Below are positions 49,950 through 59,951 of a stretch of DNA of 64,000 nt, one piece after another; the stretch's first letter is position 1; each line of letters begins with the position of its first letter. This stretch comes from an uncultured Alphaproteobacteria bacterium (GTDB lineage: Bacteria; Pseudomonadota; Alphaproteobacteria; SP197). Position numbers and translations under genes: made by a program. The notes under the pieces were generated by a model, which was not told the DNA's origin, made no database searches, and saw only the letters and a list, made by a program, of their open reading frames with translations. The stretch covers positions 1,738,225-1,802,224 of the forward strand of contig OY282363.1 of NCBI GenBank assembly GCA_958295695.1. Direction: 5' to 3'.

Positions 49950-50474
49950 ATGCGCTGGTTCGCGGGCTGGCTTTGCTTCCTCGGGGGAGTCGCGGCGGTC
50001 CTCGGCGTCGTTCTCTACGCGACCAACACGCCCGATGTTCCGGACGAAGACGAGCTCGTCTGGTTCGAGGGGTTCCTGATCGCGATCCGGCTCGAGTACG
50101 ACCTCGACGCGACCCACATCGTCTACCTGAAGTTCCGCGATCACGACAGGCTCTACCGCTATCTTTCCCGGCTCCCGAAGTATGTCGAGGTGCGCGACCG
50201 CCTCGGAATCTATCGACAGGTCGACGTCCTGATCGACCCGGACGCGGAGCCCGGTCTGGACGGCGCCTACGACATATGGGGCTTGGTGGAGCATCATCCG
50301 TATCGCGCGGGCGCGGTGGTGACCTACGGGGAAGTCTACGACGAGGTCACCGAAGCAGGCCGGTCGTGGCAGAACGTCGGCCTCTACACCCTCGCGGGCG
50401 GCGCGCTCGCCCTCGCGACCGGCTTCGGCATCCGCCGGACCGTGCCCTACGCGCCGAGGGAGCCCACCGCCTGA
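49950..50474 (+). CDS. Hypothetical membrane protein
   Basis: 174 aa. N-terminal TM helix (WFAGWLCFLGGVAAVLGVVLYA) and a C-terminal TM helix. No recognisable family. Confidence 0.4.
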   Translation: MRWFAGWLCFLGGVAAVLGVVLYATNTPDVPDEDELVWFEGFLIAIRLEYDLDATHIVYLKFRDHDRLYRYLSRLPKYVEVRDRLGIYRQVDVLIDPDAEPGLDGAYDIWGLVEHHPYRAGAVVTYGEVYDEVTEAGRSWQNVGLYTLAGGALALATGFGIRRTVPYAPREPTA

Positions 50475-50478
50475 CCTC

Positions 50479-51123
50479 TCAGGTCAGCAGGGCGTCGCCG
50501 GTGGAGACGATCACGCCGGCGTCCCGCATCGCCGTCATGGCCCGGTCGAGCGACCCGGCGAGGTCGATCGCGCGGCAGCCGTCCTCGACCACGACCGCGC
50601 CGAAACCCTCGCGCCGCGCATCCATCGCCGTGAAGTGGACGCAGAAATCTGTCGCCAGGCCGACCAGCACCACGCGGCCGAAGCCGCGGGTCCCGAGATA
50701 GCCCGCAAGCCCGGTCGGGGTCGTCCGGTCGTTTTCGTAGAAGGCGGAATAGGAATCGACCGCAGGGTCGGACCCCTTGCGGATGATGAGGTCCGCGGAC
50801 CCGGTTTCGAGTCCGGCGTGAAACGCGGCGCCGGAACTGTCCCGCACGCAATGGTCCGGCCTGAGAGTCTGCGGACCGTAGCTCATCTCCATCGTCGAGA
50901 ACGGCTCGGTGCCCTCGTGGCTTGACGCGAAGGAGCTGTGGCCCTCGGGATGCGAGTCCTGCGTGAGAACGACGTTGGCGAAGCGTCCGATCAGGTCGTT
51001 GGCGACCGGAACGACGGCGTCGCCATCGGCGACGGCGAGAGCGCCGCCGGGGCAGAAGTCGTTCTGGATGTCGATGACCAGCAGGACGTCCGTCCCCCGG
51101 TCGATCCGAACTACTTCGGTCAT
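50479..51123 (-). CDS. Isochorismatase-family hydrolase (nicotinamidase/pyrazinamidase-like)
   Basis: 214 aa. Catalytic D-K-C triad context (LLVIDIQNDFCPGGALAV...GLATDFCVHFTAMDA). Confidence 0.8.
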   Translation of the reverse strand: MTEVVRIDRGTDVLLVIDIQNDFCPGGALAVADGDAVVPVANDLIGRFANVVLTQDSHPEGHSSFASSHEGTEPFSTMEMSYGPQTLRPDHCVRDSSGAAFHAGLETGSADLIIRKGSDPAVDSYSAFYENDRTTPTGLAGYLGTRGFGRVVLVGLATDFCVHFTAMDARREGFGAVVVEDGCRAIDLAGSLDRAMTAMRDAGVIVSTGDALLT

Positions 51124-51136
51124 GGCGTCCGCCCCG

Positions 51137-52279
51137 TCAGCGAAGCGTATAGATGCGGTTGCTGTTCCCCGTCGCGATCATGGCGACAATCCGGTCGGCC
51201 TCGGCGAGGTTGCAGTCGCCGTCGGCGATCCAGCGGTCGAGATGCCGCTTGAGCGTCCGGCGGAACTGCAGTTGGCCGAGATAATGGAGCTCCGAGAGGC
51301 CGAAGGCGTCCGAGCTGTAGAGCTGCTTGAAGAACGGCCCCATCTCGAGCGCCTCGCCCATGATGCTGGCGGCCTGCGGCCCGGCGAAGTTCAGGATGAC
51401 GCCGACATCGTAGTAGACGTTCTGGAAAACCTCGGCGAGCCAGGCCGCCTCGCGCTGGAAGGGGTAGTTGTGGAGCAGCGTGCAGGGTACCCGCCACTCC
51501 TCCATCGCGCGAAGGTAGTCGGTGAAATGGGTCGGATCGCAGGCGTGCATGTAGATGTCGGGATCGCCGAAGCCGACATGGATCTGCAGTGGCAGCCCGA
51601 GATCGCGGCAAAGCTCGGCGCCGGCCCAGAGGCCGTGGCGCACGACGTCGACATCGTCCAGCCGGACCCTGCCGGCCGCCATGTTCGCGCCGTACCAGCG
51701 GTCCGCGCCTCTCGCGACCTCGCGCCGGTCCGGGGGCGTCTGATCGATCGCGAAGGTCGCGCGGTAGGCCACGATGGTCTTGAGCGCCACGGCGGTCCGG
51801 GCGCGTCTGGCGAGCTCGTCGGCGAAGGCTTGGGGAAACTCCGCGGCGCTCGCGCCGCCGCGCGCGACCTGCTCGGCCACGGCTTCGATGCGGACGACCT
51901 CGTGCGCGGGCCGTCCGCCGAGCGCGGCCATCTCGGGCACGTTCGCGATCGAGTCGCCGCGGTGGCCCGTGTCGATCAAGAGGCTGTCGAGGCCGCAGGC
52001 GCCCAGAAAGCGCCGGTTGACCTCCTCGGCGCCCAGGTCGCCGCGCCGCTCGACATAGGCCGCGCCGGACGGGAACGGCGCGAGGTCGAGCAGCGGCGCG
52101 CAATGGCGGCGCACCAGGAGGCCGAGGGGCTTGTCGAACTGCGACGCGCCTTCGGGCGCAGGCCGGTAGCTTTCGCTCATCAGGGCCTCGAAGGCGCGCC
52201 GGTCGAGATTCCGGGGAACGACGCCGTGACAGTGGTGGTCGATGAGCGGAACGCCGACGGAGGGTCCGTCAGTAGGCAC
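51137..52279 (-). CDS. Amidohydrolase-2 family (TIM-barrel metal-dependent hydrolase, PF04909)
   Basis: 380 aa. HxH metal motif at the N-terminus (IDHHCHGV). The conserved Asp/His pattern is typical of amidohydrolase 2. Confidence 0.7.
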   Translation of the reverse strand: MPTDGPSVGVPLIDHHCHGVVPRNLDRRAFEALMSESYRPAPEGASQFDKPLGLLVRRHCAPLLDLAPFPSGAAYVERRGDLGAEEVNRRFLGACGLDSLLIDTGHRGDSIANVPEMAALGGRPAHEVVRIEAVAEQVARGGASAAEFPQAFADELARRARTAVALKTIVAYRATFAIDQTPPDRREVARGADRWYGANMAAGRVRLDDVDVVRHGLWAGAELCRDLGLPLQIHVGFGDPDIYMHACDPTHFTDYLRAMEEWRVPCTLLHNYPFQREAAWLAEVFQNVYYDVGVILNFAGPQAASIMGEALEMGPFFKQLYSSDAFGLSELHYLGQLQFRRTLKRHLDRWIADGDCNLAEADRIVAMIATGNSNRIYTLR

Positions 52280-53582
52280 GGGCGTACCTTTCGCACATGC
52301 GCCCGGGCGTCGACGCGGCGTAGGTCTCGGCTTCGAGACGCTTGAGCGAGGTGTAAGCCTCGAGCATCGTCGGCGTGAACCAGCCGCGGGCGGTCTCGTC
52401 GGCCGTCAGCGCGTCGAGAGCCGCGGCGAGCGACGAAGGCAATTCCTTGACGCCGAGTTCGGCGCGTTTGCCGGCGCCCATTTCGTCGGGATCCTCGTCG
52501 ATCATCGTCGGCGCCGGGAGGCTCGCGCGAATGCCTTCGAGCCCCGCCCTTGCGACGGCGCCGACCGCGAGGTAGGGGCTGGCCGTCGCGTCGGTCGCGC
52601 GGATTTCGATGTTGAAGGCGTCGGCCCGCGTGGCGGGCGCGGGGTCGGGCGAGGGACAGATGCGGATCGCGGCCTCGCGGTTCTGCACGCCGACCGCGTC
52701 GTAGCCGCAAGCCCAGTGGTGCGGACCGAGGCGCAGGTAAGACACCGGACTCGGCGCGGTCAGCGCGGCGAGCGCCGGAAGGTGGCGCTGAACGCCGGCC
52801 ACGAATTGCGCCGCCACCGGACTGAGCTGGCCGGGGCCGTCGGGATCGAAGGCGGCCGCTTGGCCTTTCCCGTCCCACAGGCTGAGGTGGAGGTGGCAGC
52901 CGTTGCCCACGGCGTCGGGCGCCGGCTTCGGCGTGAAGCTCGCGCGCAGCCCGCACTGTCGCGCCGCCTCGCGCACGGTCTCGCGCGTGATCACGACCCG
53001 GTCCGCGCCGGACACGCCGGTCGCCGGCCCGCAACTCACTTCGTACTGCCCGACGCCGTATTCCGGCTCGAACGTCTCGAGGCCCACGTCGGCGTCGAGC
53101 AGCGCGGCGGTGCAGAGATCGGCGAAGGGCGCCACCCGTCGAATCGAGTCGACGGAAAACGGCGCGGCCCATTCCATTCCCTCGCCGGTGAGGAGGAACT
53201 CGTTTTCGTAGGCGATGTGGAGCCGAAGACCGGTCTCGGCCTCGAGATCGGCCAGCGCCCGCCGCATGAAGCCGCGGGTGCAGCATTCCCAGGGCGCGCC
53301 GTCGGCGTTGAGACTGTCGCACAGGACAAGGTGAAGCGGCGGCAGGTTCTCGGTGAACCCGATCCTGCGGCGGGTGCTGTCGTCGGGCGTCTGGCGCACC
53401 TCGTCCATGGGACCCCAGGGATTGGGCGCGATGTCCTCGAAGGGCGTCAGCGACTGGCCCGCGAGCGCCCAGCCCAGGCCGTGGGAGCGGCGGCGGTCGT
53501 ATTCCGAGACAGGCACGCCGCGGGTGCGGGAGAGCCCGACCAGGTCGTTCCAGACGAGCAGGATCAGTTCGCCGCCGGTCAT
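52269..53582 (-). CDS. Glutamine-synthetase-family enzyme (gamma-glutamyl-amine ligase-like)
   Basis: Start at MTGGELILLVWNDL. GS catalytic-domain motifs (HIAYENEFLL; FTPKPAPDAVGNGCHLHLSLWD). Confidence 0.8.
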   Translation of the reverse strand: MTGGELILLVWNDLVGLSRTRGVPVSEYDRRRSHGLGWALAGQSLTPFEDIAPNPWGPMDEVRQTPDDSTRRRIGFTENLPPLHLVLCDSLNADGAPWECCTRGFMRRALADLEAETGLRLHIAYENEFLLTGEGMEWAAPFSVDSIRRVAPFADLCTAALLDADVGLETFEPEYGVGQYEVSCGPATGVSGADRVVITRETVREAARQCGLRASFTPKPAPDAVGNGCHLHLSLWDGKGQAAAFDPDGPGQLSPVAAQFVAGVQRHLPALAALTAPSPVSYLRLGPHHWACGYDAVGVQNREAAIRICPSPDPAPATRADAFNIEIRATDATASPYLAVGAVARAGLEGIRASLPAPTMIDEDPDEMGAGKRAELGVKELPSSLAAALDALTADETARGWFTPTMLEAYTSLKRLEAETYAASTPGRMCERYARAY

Positions 53583-53970
53583 GGTTCGATCGCTCCCTCT
53601 GCGAACGGAAAGGCCCGGCCGTCCCAGGCGCGCCCCTCGCGCGGACATTCGAGGCTGTGTCGCGCCGCCAGCGTGTCGCGCATCGGCCGTCTCCGTCAAC
53701 GCCGGCCTCGCGCGCCCGTCGCCGGCCCAGCGGACCTTCCCGGCATCGTTCGCGTCGCCATGCCGGTGCTTTTCGCACCTGCCCGGACCCGGGGGCGGAA
53801 GCGCGTCGCCGAATCGATCGTCTCCGGATCGTCCGGGCCGCCCGCGTTTCTGGAGAAGAACCCTCCCGGATTGAATCGCCCGCGATCCGCTCTAAGCTCC
53901 CGCACCGATGCGTTCCCGGGATACGGGATCGTCCTGAAGGCGGGAAAGACATGCCGGAGACGCGCCCGAC

Positions 53971-55821
53971 ATGGCGGGGCCGGTCGTGATCGGCCGGATC
54001 CTGACGCCGGACACCCTGGCCGGAAGCGCGCTGCTGTTCGTCCCGATCGCGGCCGTTTCGCTGGTCGCCTGGCAGACGGTCGGGCCGGCGCCCCAGGGCA
54101 CCGTCACCCACTACCTGATCCTCACCGTCGCCGTGCTGGCGTTCAGCACCTTCACCGGCAATTCCGGCATCCTGAGCTTCGGCCATGTGGCGTTCATGGG
54201 ACTCGCGGCGCACATCAGCGGCCTTCTCACTATTCCGCCGGCCCAGAAGGGGGTCTTCCTGCCCGATGTTCCGTCCTGGCTCGCCGGGACCGACATGCAC
54301 GTCCTCGTCGCGGGCCTGATCGCCGTGGCTCTGGTGACGTCGATCGGCTTCCTGGTCGGGATTCCGATTTCGCGTCTCGGCGGCGCGTCGGCCGCCATCG
54401 CGACCCTGGGGCTGCTCATCATCGTCTATGGCGTCATCGTCGGCGCGCGGGATTTCACGCGCGGCAGCCAGGCGCTCATCGGGGTGCCGAAGACCGTCGA
54501 CATCCCCACCGCGCTCGTCTTCGTCGCGGTCGCGATCCTGCTCGCGCGCCTGTTCCGGGACTCGCTCTCCGGACTCGAGCTGCGCGCCGCGCGGGAGGAC
54601 GAACCGGCCGCCAGCGCCATCGGCGTCAACGCGCCGGGGCGCCGGTTGTTCGCTTGGACGGTCAGCGCGGCCATCGCGGCCGTCGCCGGCGTCCTGCTGG
54701 CCCACTACCTCGGGGTCTACTCGCCCCGGGAATTCTATTTCCAGATCACGTTCGCCATTCTCGCCATGCTGATCGTGGGCGGCATGACGAGCGTGTCGGG
54801 GGCCGTCGTCGGCGCGGTCCTCGTCACGGTGCTGATCGAGGTTCTGCGCGGCGCGGAGGAACGCGTCAACGCCGCTTTCTTCGACGAACCCACGGTTTTC
54901 GGCCTGACCGACATCGGTCTGAGCCTCGCGATCCTCGGCGTGCTGTTCTGGCGCCGCAACGGCCTGTTCGGCTACTGGGAGATCGAGGAGCTCGCCGGAG
55001 GATGGCGCCGGTGGACCGGGTTCGAACGGGGGCCGCCCGCGGCCGATGCGGTCGTGGAACGCGTCTCGGGAGAGGGAGCGCTCGAAATCGACGGCGTCGT
55101 CAAGTCCTTCGGCGGCCTGCGCGCCGTCGACGGCGCGAGCCTCGCGCTCCGGCCGGGCGAGATCCTCGGTCTGATCGGTCCGAACGGGTCGGGCAAGACC
55201 ACGCTCTTGGGCTGCGTTTCGGGCGCTCTCGACGTCACGGCGGGACGGGTCGGCCTCGACGGCGCCGATATCACGGCCATGCCGGCCCACATGATCGCTC
55301 GCAGCCGGGTCGGACGGACCTTCCAGAACATCCGTCTGTTCGCCAACCTGACCTGTCTCGACAACGTCAAGGCCGCCTTGGCCGCAAGCGGCGCGCGGCG
55401 GCCGGCGAACGGCATGGAGGCCCGCGCCTTGATGGCCGAGCTGGGCGTCGAGGACTACGCGGAGCGGCGCGCCGGCGCCTTGGCCTACGGCCTGCAGCGC
55501 CGGCTCGAGATCGCCCGCGCGCTGGCGCTGGAGCCGCGCTACCTCCTGCTCGACGAGCCGGCCGCGGGCATGAACGAAACCGAATCCGACGAACTGCTGG
55601 GCATTCTGGCCGGGCTCCGCGAGAGCCGCGGCCTGGGCCTGCTGATCGTGGATCACGACCTGCGCCTGATCATGCGTCTGTGCGACCGCGTGGTCGTGCT
55701 GAACAAGGGGCGGGTCATCGCCGAGGGAACGCCGGGGGAGGTGCAGTCCGATCCCGACGTGATCGAGGCTTATCTGGGCCAACGTCGCGCGGCCAGGAAG
55801 GCCGCCGCCCATCAACCCTAG
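53971..55821 (+). CDS. Branched-chain amino-acid-type ABC transporter, fused permease (LivM-like) + ATP-binding (LivG-like) protein
   Basis: Single 616-aa frame. N-terminal polytopic permease, C-terminal ABC ATPase (GLIGPNGSGKTTL; LLLDEPAAGMN). Confidence 0.75.
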   Translation: MAGPVVIGRILTPDTLAGSALLFVPIAAVSLVAWQTVGPAPQGTVTHYLILTVAVLAFSTFTGNSGILSFGHVAFMGLAAHISGLLTIPPAQKGVFLPDVPSWLAGTDMHVLVAGLIAVALVTSIGFLVGIPISRLGGASAAIATLGLLIIVYGVIVGARDFTRGSQALIGVPKTVDIPTALVFVAVAILLARLFRDSLSGLELRAAREDEPAASAIGVNAPGRRLFAWTVSAAIAAVAGVLLAHYLGVYSPREFYFQITFAILAMLIVGGMTSVSGAVVGAVLVTVLIEVLRGAEERVNAAFFDEPTVFGLTDIGLSLAILGVLFWRRNGLFGYWEIEELAGGWRRWTGFERGPPAADAVVERVSGEGALEIDGVVKSFGGLRAVDGASLALRPGEILGLIGPNGSGKTTLLGCVSGALDVTAGRVGLDGADITAMPAHMIARSRVGRTFQNIRLFANLTCLDNVKAALAASGARRPANGMEARALMAELGVEDYAERRAGALAYGLQRRLEIARALALEPRYLLLDEPAAGMNETESDELLGILAGLRESRGLGLLIVDHDLRLIMRLCDRVVVLNKGRVIAEGTPGEVQSDPDVIEAYLGQRRAARKAAAHQP

Positions 55822-55834
55822 GGAGGGACGAACC

Positions 55835-57007
55835 GTGAGGTATCCGAAACTGTTGACCGTTTCCGCCACGGCCGCGCTGATGGCGGGCGCGGTGGCCGTC
55901 TCCGGCCCCGGCGAGGCGGAGCATCACGAACTGAAGATCGGCTATGCCGGCGGCTTCACCGGCTATCTGGCGCCCTATGACCAGCCGTCGCTGAAGGGCG
56001 TGCAGCTCGCCATCGACCAGCTCAACGCGGCCGGTGGCGTGATGGGCATGGAGGTGCGGCTCGTCGTGAAGGACACGCGCTCGGACACGGCCCAGGCCGC
56101 CACCGTGGCGCAGGAGCTGGTGGACGAGGGCGTGGCCGCCATGATCGTCTCGTGCGACGTGGACCCGGCCGTGGCCTCGGGCGTGATCGCCCAGGCGGCC
56201 GAGATCCCGGCGGCGAGTTCCTGCGCCTCGACGCCGACTCTTCCGGCGGCCGTGGGCCCCTACATGTTCTCGAACTACACGGCCGACAACCTTCAGGGCG
56301 CCGTGCTCGCGCAGTACGCCCGGGAGCAGGGCCACGAGAACGCCTACATCCTGCTGTCGCGCGACACGCCCTACACCGAGAAGCTGCCGGAGTACTTCGG
56401 CGAAGCCTTCGAGGGAATGGGCGGCAATGTCGTCGCGGTCGGCGAATACACCATGGGCCAGCAGGATTTCTCGGCCGAGGTGACCAACATCAAGGGTCTC
56501 GATCCGCGGCCCGACATCATCCAGACCTCGGCCTACGAGCCCGACTTTCCGGCCTTCATCAAGCAGCTTCGCGCCGCCGGCATCGACACGCCGGTGCTGG
56601 GCAGCGACGGCATCGACAGCCCGACCACCTTCGGTCTGGGCGACGTGGCCGAGGGCGTGGTGTTCTCGAACGCCGGCTTCGCCTCGCCGGGGAGCGCGCT
56701 CGCGGCCTATGAAATGGCCTACGAGGAGAAGTACGGCGAGCCGAACGACACCATCTTCACCGCCACGGGCTACGACCTGATGATGGTGATCGCCGCGGCG
56801 GTCGAGGCGGCCGGCTCGACGGACGGCTCCGCCATTCGCGACGCCTGGGACGGTCTCGAGAGCGTCCAGGTCGCCACGGGCGTCATCACCTACAAGGGCC
56901 AGGGCCGCGTTCCGGTCCGTGTCGTGGCGCTCAACATGGTGTCGGGCGGCGAGCGGGTCCATGTCGGCGATTTCTCGCCCGATCCCTCGGCGATCCCGGC
57001 TCCGTGA
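55835..57007 (+). CDS. ABC transporter substrate-binding protein, LivJ/LivK (branched-chain amino acid/amide) family
   Basis: 390 aa with a signal peptide and Peripla_BP_6-like architecture. Confidence 0.8.
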   Translation: MRYPKLLTVSATAALMAGAVAVSGPGEAEHHELKIGYAGGFTGYLAPYDQPSLKGVQLAIDQLNAAGGVMGMEVRLVVKDTRSDTAQAATVAQELVDEGVAAMIVSCDVDPAVASGVIAQAAEIPAASSCASTPTLPAAVGPYMFSNYTADNLQGAVLAQYAREQGHENAYILLSRDTPYTEKLPEYFGEAFEGMGGNVVAVGEYTMGQQDFSAEVTNIKGLDPRPDIIQTSAYEPDFPAFIKQLRAAGIDTPVLGSDGIDSPTTFGLGDVAEGVVFSNAGFASPGSALAAYEMAYEEKYGEPNDTIFTATGYDLMMVIAAAVEAAGSTDGSAIRDAWDGLESVQVATGVITYKGQGRVPVRVVALNMVSGGERVHVGDFSPDPSAIPAP

Positions 57008-57729
57008 CGGACGGAACGGCCCTTCTGGCGATCGAGGGGCTCGCGGTCCGCTATGGTGCCATCGACGCCGTGCGGGGCGCGAGCCTCGAGGTCCGCAAGG
57101 GCGAGATCGTGACTCTTCTCGGTGCCAACGGCGCCGGGAAGAGCTCGATCCTCAACGCGGCCATGGGGCTCGTTCCGGTGGCCGCGGGGCGCGTCGTCCT
57201 GGAAGGCGAGGATGTCGCGGGCCGCGCGCCGGAACGCATTGTCCGGCGCGGCATGACGCTTTGTCCCGAAGGTCGGCGCGTCTTCGCCAACCTCACCGTG
57301 GCGGAGAACCTGACGCTCGGCGCCGCCGCGCGTCGCGCCGCCGGCGGCGCGGAGGCCGCGCGGGCGGACATGTTCCGGCTGTTTCCGATCCTTGCCGAGC
57401 GCGGCGGGCAGATGGCGGGCACGCTGTCGGGCGGCGAGCAGCAGATGCTCGCGATCGCGCGCGCCATGATGTCGTCCCCCAGGATCGTGCTGCTGGACGA
57501 GCCGTCGCTCGGTCTGGCGCCGCGGATCGTCGACACGATCTTCGAACTCGTCGTGCGCCTGCGCGACCGCGGCGCGACCGTTCTTCTCGTCGAGCAGAAT
57601 GTCGATCTCGCATTGGAGATCGCCGATCGCGGCTATGTCCTGGCGACGGGCGCCATCGCGCTCTCCGGCCCGGCCGCGGACCTGCGCGCCTCGGGCAATG
57701 TCGAGCGCGCCTACCTGGGCGCGCACTGA
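57004..57729 (+). CDS. livF: ABC transporter ATP-binding protein (LivF-like)
   Basis: 241 aa. Walker A (GANGAGKSS), signature (LSGGEQQML) and Walker B (VLLDEPS). Confidence 0.85.
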   Translation: MTDGTALLAIEGLAVRYGAIDAVRGASLEVRKGEIVTLLGANGAGKSSILNAAMGLVPVAAGRVVLEGEDVAGRAPERIVRRGMTLCPEGRRVFANLTVAENLTLGAAARRAAGGAEAARADMFRLFPILAERGGQMAGTLSGGEQQMLAIARAMMSSPRIVLLDEPSLGLAPRIVDTIFELVVRLRDRGATVLLVEQNVDLALEIADRGYVLATGAIALSGPAADLRASGNVERAYLGAH

Positions 57730-57738
57730 GACCGCGGC

Positions 57739-58623
57739 GTGGAGGTTCTCTTTCAGCAGTTCGTCAACGCGCTGGCGCTGGGCGGCACCTATGCCCTCCT
57801 GGCCCTCGGTCTCGCCATGGTGTTCAGCGTTCTGGGTCTCATCAACTTCGCCCATGGCGAGCTGATGACGATCACGGGCTACGCCATGTTCTTCGCCATG
57901 GCCGGGGGCATTCCGTTCCCCGTCGCCGTCGTCCTCGGCGTCGCCGCGGCGACGCTCGCCGCGCTCCTGATGGAGCGTGTCGCGTTCCGGCCCGTGCGCG
58001 ACGCCAACACGGCGACCATGCTGCTCACCAGCTTCGCCGTCAGTACGATCCTTCACATGCTTTTCCAGAACCTGATCTCGGCGCGGCCCAAGGCGATTCC
58101 CGTACCCGGCTGGATGGCCGGCGCGCTCGACCTGGGTGGATTGAGCATCGGCGTGATCCAGGCGCTTTCGATCGCCGCGACGGCGCTCCTGCTCTTCGGT
58201 CTCACGGTCTTTCTCAAGCGTTCGATCCTGGGAATCGCCATGCGCGCCGCGGCGTTGGACTTTCCCGTCACGCGCCTGATGGGCGTCAACGCCAACGCCG
58301 TGATCGCGACGGCGTTCGGCCTCTCGGGCCTGCTCGCCGGCGTGGCGGGCGTCCTGTGGCTCGCCCAACGCGGCTCGGTCGATCCCCTGATGGGCTTTCT
58401 GCCGGTGCTGAAGGCCTTCATCGCCGTCGTCCTGGGCGGATTGGGCAGCCTTTCGGGCGCGGTGGCCGGCGGTTTCGCGCTGGCCTTCATCGAGGTCGGA
58501 CTGCGCGCCTTCCTGCCGGAGACCTTTCTTCCCTTCCGTGAATCGATCACGCTGACGCTCGTGATCGTCCTGTTGTTGGTTCGCCCCGAAGGTCTCCTGG
58601 GGCGCGGGGAAGCGGCTCGATAG
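57739..58623 (+). CDS. livH: ABC transporter permease (LivH-like)
   Basis: GTG start. 294 aa polytopic permease of the LivH family. Confidence 0.8.
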   Translation: MEVLFQQFVNALALGGTYALLALGLAMVFSVLGLINFAHGELMTITGYAMFFAMAGGIPFPVAVVLGVAAATLAALLMERVAFRPVRDANTATMLLTSFAVSTILHMLFQNLISARPKAIPVPGWMAGALDLGGLSIGVIQALSIAATALLLFGLTVFLKRSILGIAMRAAALDFPVTRLMGVNANAVIATAFGLSGLLAGVAGVLWLAQRGSVDPLMGFLPVLKAFIAVVLGGLGSLSGAVAGGFALAFIEVGLRAFLPETFLPFRESITLTLVIVLLLVRPEGLLGRGEAAR

Positions 58624-58631
58624 GAGGAGGC

Positions 58632-59951
58632 ATGGCGAACTCGTTGCTGGAACGCGATGCGCGGGTCCTGGCCGGGATCGGCAAGTTACGCACCTATCCG
58701 CTCACCATCCGGAACGCCCGGGGCAACCGCCTGATCGAGGAGGACGGCCGCGAGGTGCTCGACATGTCCGGCGCGGCCGGCGCCGCCTTGCTCGGCTACG
58801 GCCATCCCGCCGTCATCGAGGCGGCCCGCCGCGGACTGACCGAGTGCGCCGGCGCGTCGGACATGTTCGGCGCTTCGGAATCGGCCGTGGCGCTCGCCGA
58901 ACGGCTGCTCTCGATCGTGCCGGAGGCGACGGACCACAAGGTCTGGCTCGGCCACAGCGGATCCGACGCCAACGACACGGCCATGCGCGCGATCGCCGCG
59001 GCGACGGGCCGGCGCCGCTTCCTCAGCTTCTACGGCGCCTACCACGGCGGCGTGTCCGGCTCGATGTCGGTCTCGAGCCACCCCTCGCAGCGGCACACGC
59101 TGCCGCGCGCCGGACTGGCGCAGATCCCCTACGCCAACCCCTACAGGCCGGTGTCGGGAGGCGACGCCGCCCAGGCCGTGTTCGACTATCTCGAGTTTCT
59201 CTTCGCCTGCGGCTGTCCGCCCGACGACATCGGCGCGGTCTTCATCGAGCCCCTGCAGTCCGACGGCGGCATGTTGGTGCCGCCGCAGGGATTCCTGAAG
59301 GAACTGGCGGAACGTTGCCGCAAACACGGCATCCTCGTCGTCAGCGACGAGGTGAAGGTGGGCCTCGGCCGGCCGGGACAGTGGCACTGCTACCAGGCGG
59401 AAGGTTTCACGCCGGATGTCGTGACCTTCGGCAAGGGCCTGGGCGGCGGCGTGCCGGTCTCCGCCATCGTGGCGCCGCGCGGCGTCATGGATTTCCAGGA
59501 GGCCTTCGCGCTCATCACGACGACCGGCAACGCGGTCTGCGCCTCGGTCGCGCTGGCGGTTCTGGACACCGTGGAGCGCGACGGCCTGATCGCCAACGCG
59601 GCGGCGCGGGGCCGGCAGATCGTGGAAGGGCTCCGCGCCCTTCAGGACAGGCACGGTCTGATCGGCGACGTCAGGGGCAGGGGGCTCGCGGTCGGTTTCG
59701 AGCTGGTGCGCGACCGCGAGACCAAGGAGCCGGCGACGGTCGAGGCGGCCAAGGTGGTCCTGCGCGGCTATCAGCTCGGCGTCGCGTTCACCTATGTCGG
59801 CATGTTCTCCAACGTGCCGGAGCTGACTCCGCCGCTGACCCTTTCGGAGTCCGAGGCGGACGAGGCCCTGGCGGCGATAGGGCAGGCGCTCTCCGACGTG
59901 GAGAACGGACTCGTGAGCGACGACGATGTCGCCCGCTTCGCGGGATGGTAG
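58632..59951 (+). CDS. Class III (omega) aminotransferase
   Basis: 439 aa. Motifs (HSGSDANDTA; SDEVKVGLGRPG; TFGKGLGGGV). Confidence 0.85.
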   Translation: MANSLLERDARVLAGIGKLRTYPLTIRNARGNRLIEEDGREVLDMSGAAGAALLGYGHPAVIEAARRGLTECAGASDMFGASESAVALAERLLSIVPEATDHKVWLGHSGSDANDTAMRAIAAATGRRRFLSFYGAYHGGVSGSMSVSSHPSQRHTLPRAGLAQIPYANPYRPVSGGDAAQAVFDYLEFLFACGCPPDDIGAVFIEPLQSDGGMLVPPQGFLKELAERCRKHGILVVSDEVKVGLGRPGQWHCYQAEGFTPDVVTFGKGLGGGVPVSAIVAPRGVMDFQEAFALITTTGNAVCASVALAVLDTVERDGLIANAAARGRQIVEGLRALQDRHGLIGDVRGRGLAVGFELVRDRETKEPATVEAAKVVLRGYQLGVAFTYVGMFSNVPELTPPLTLSESEADEALAAIGQALSDVENGLVSDDDVARFAGW

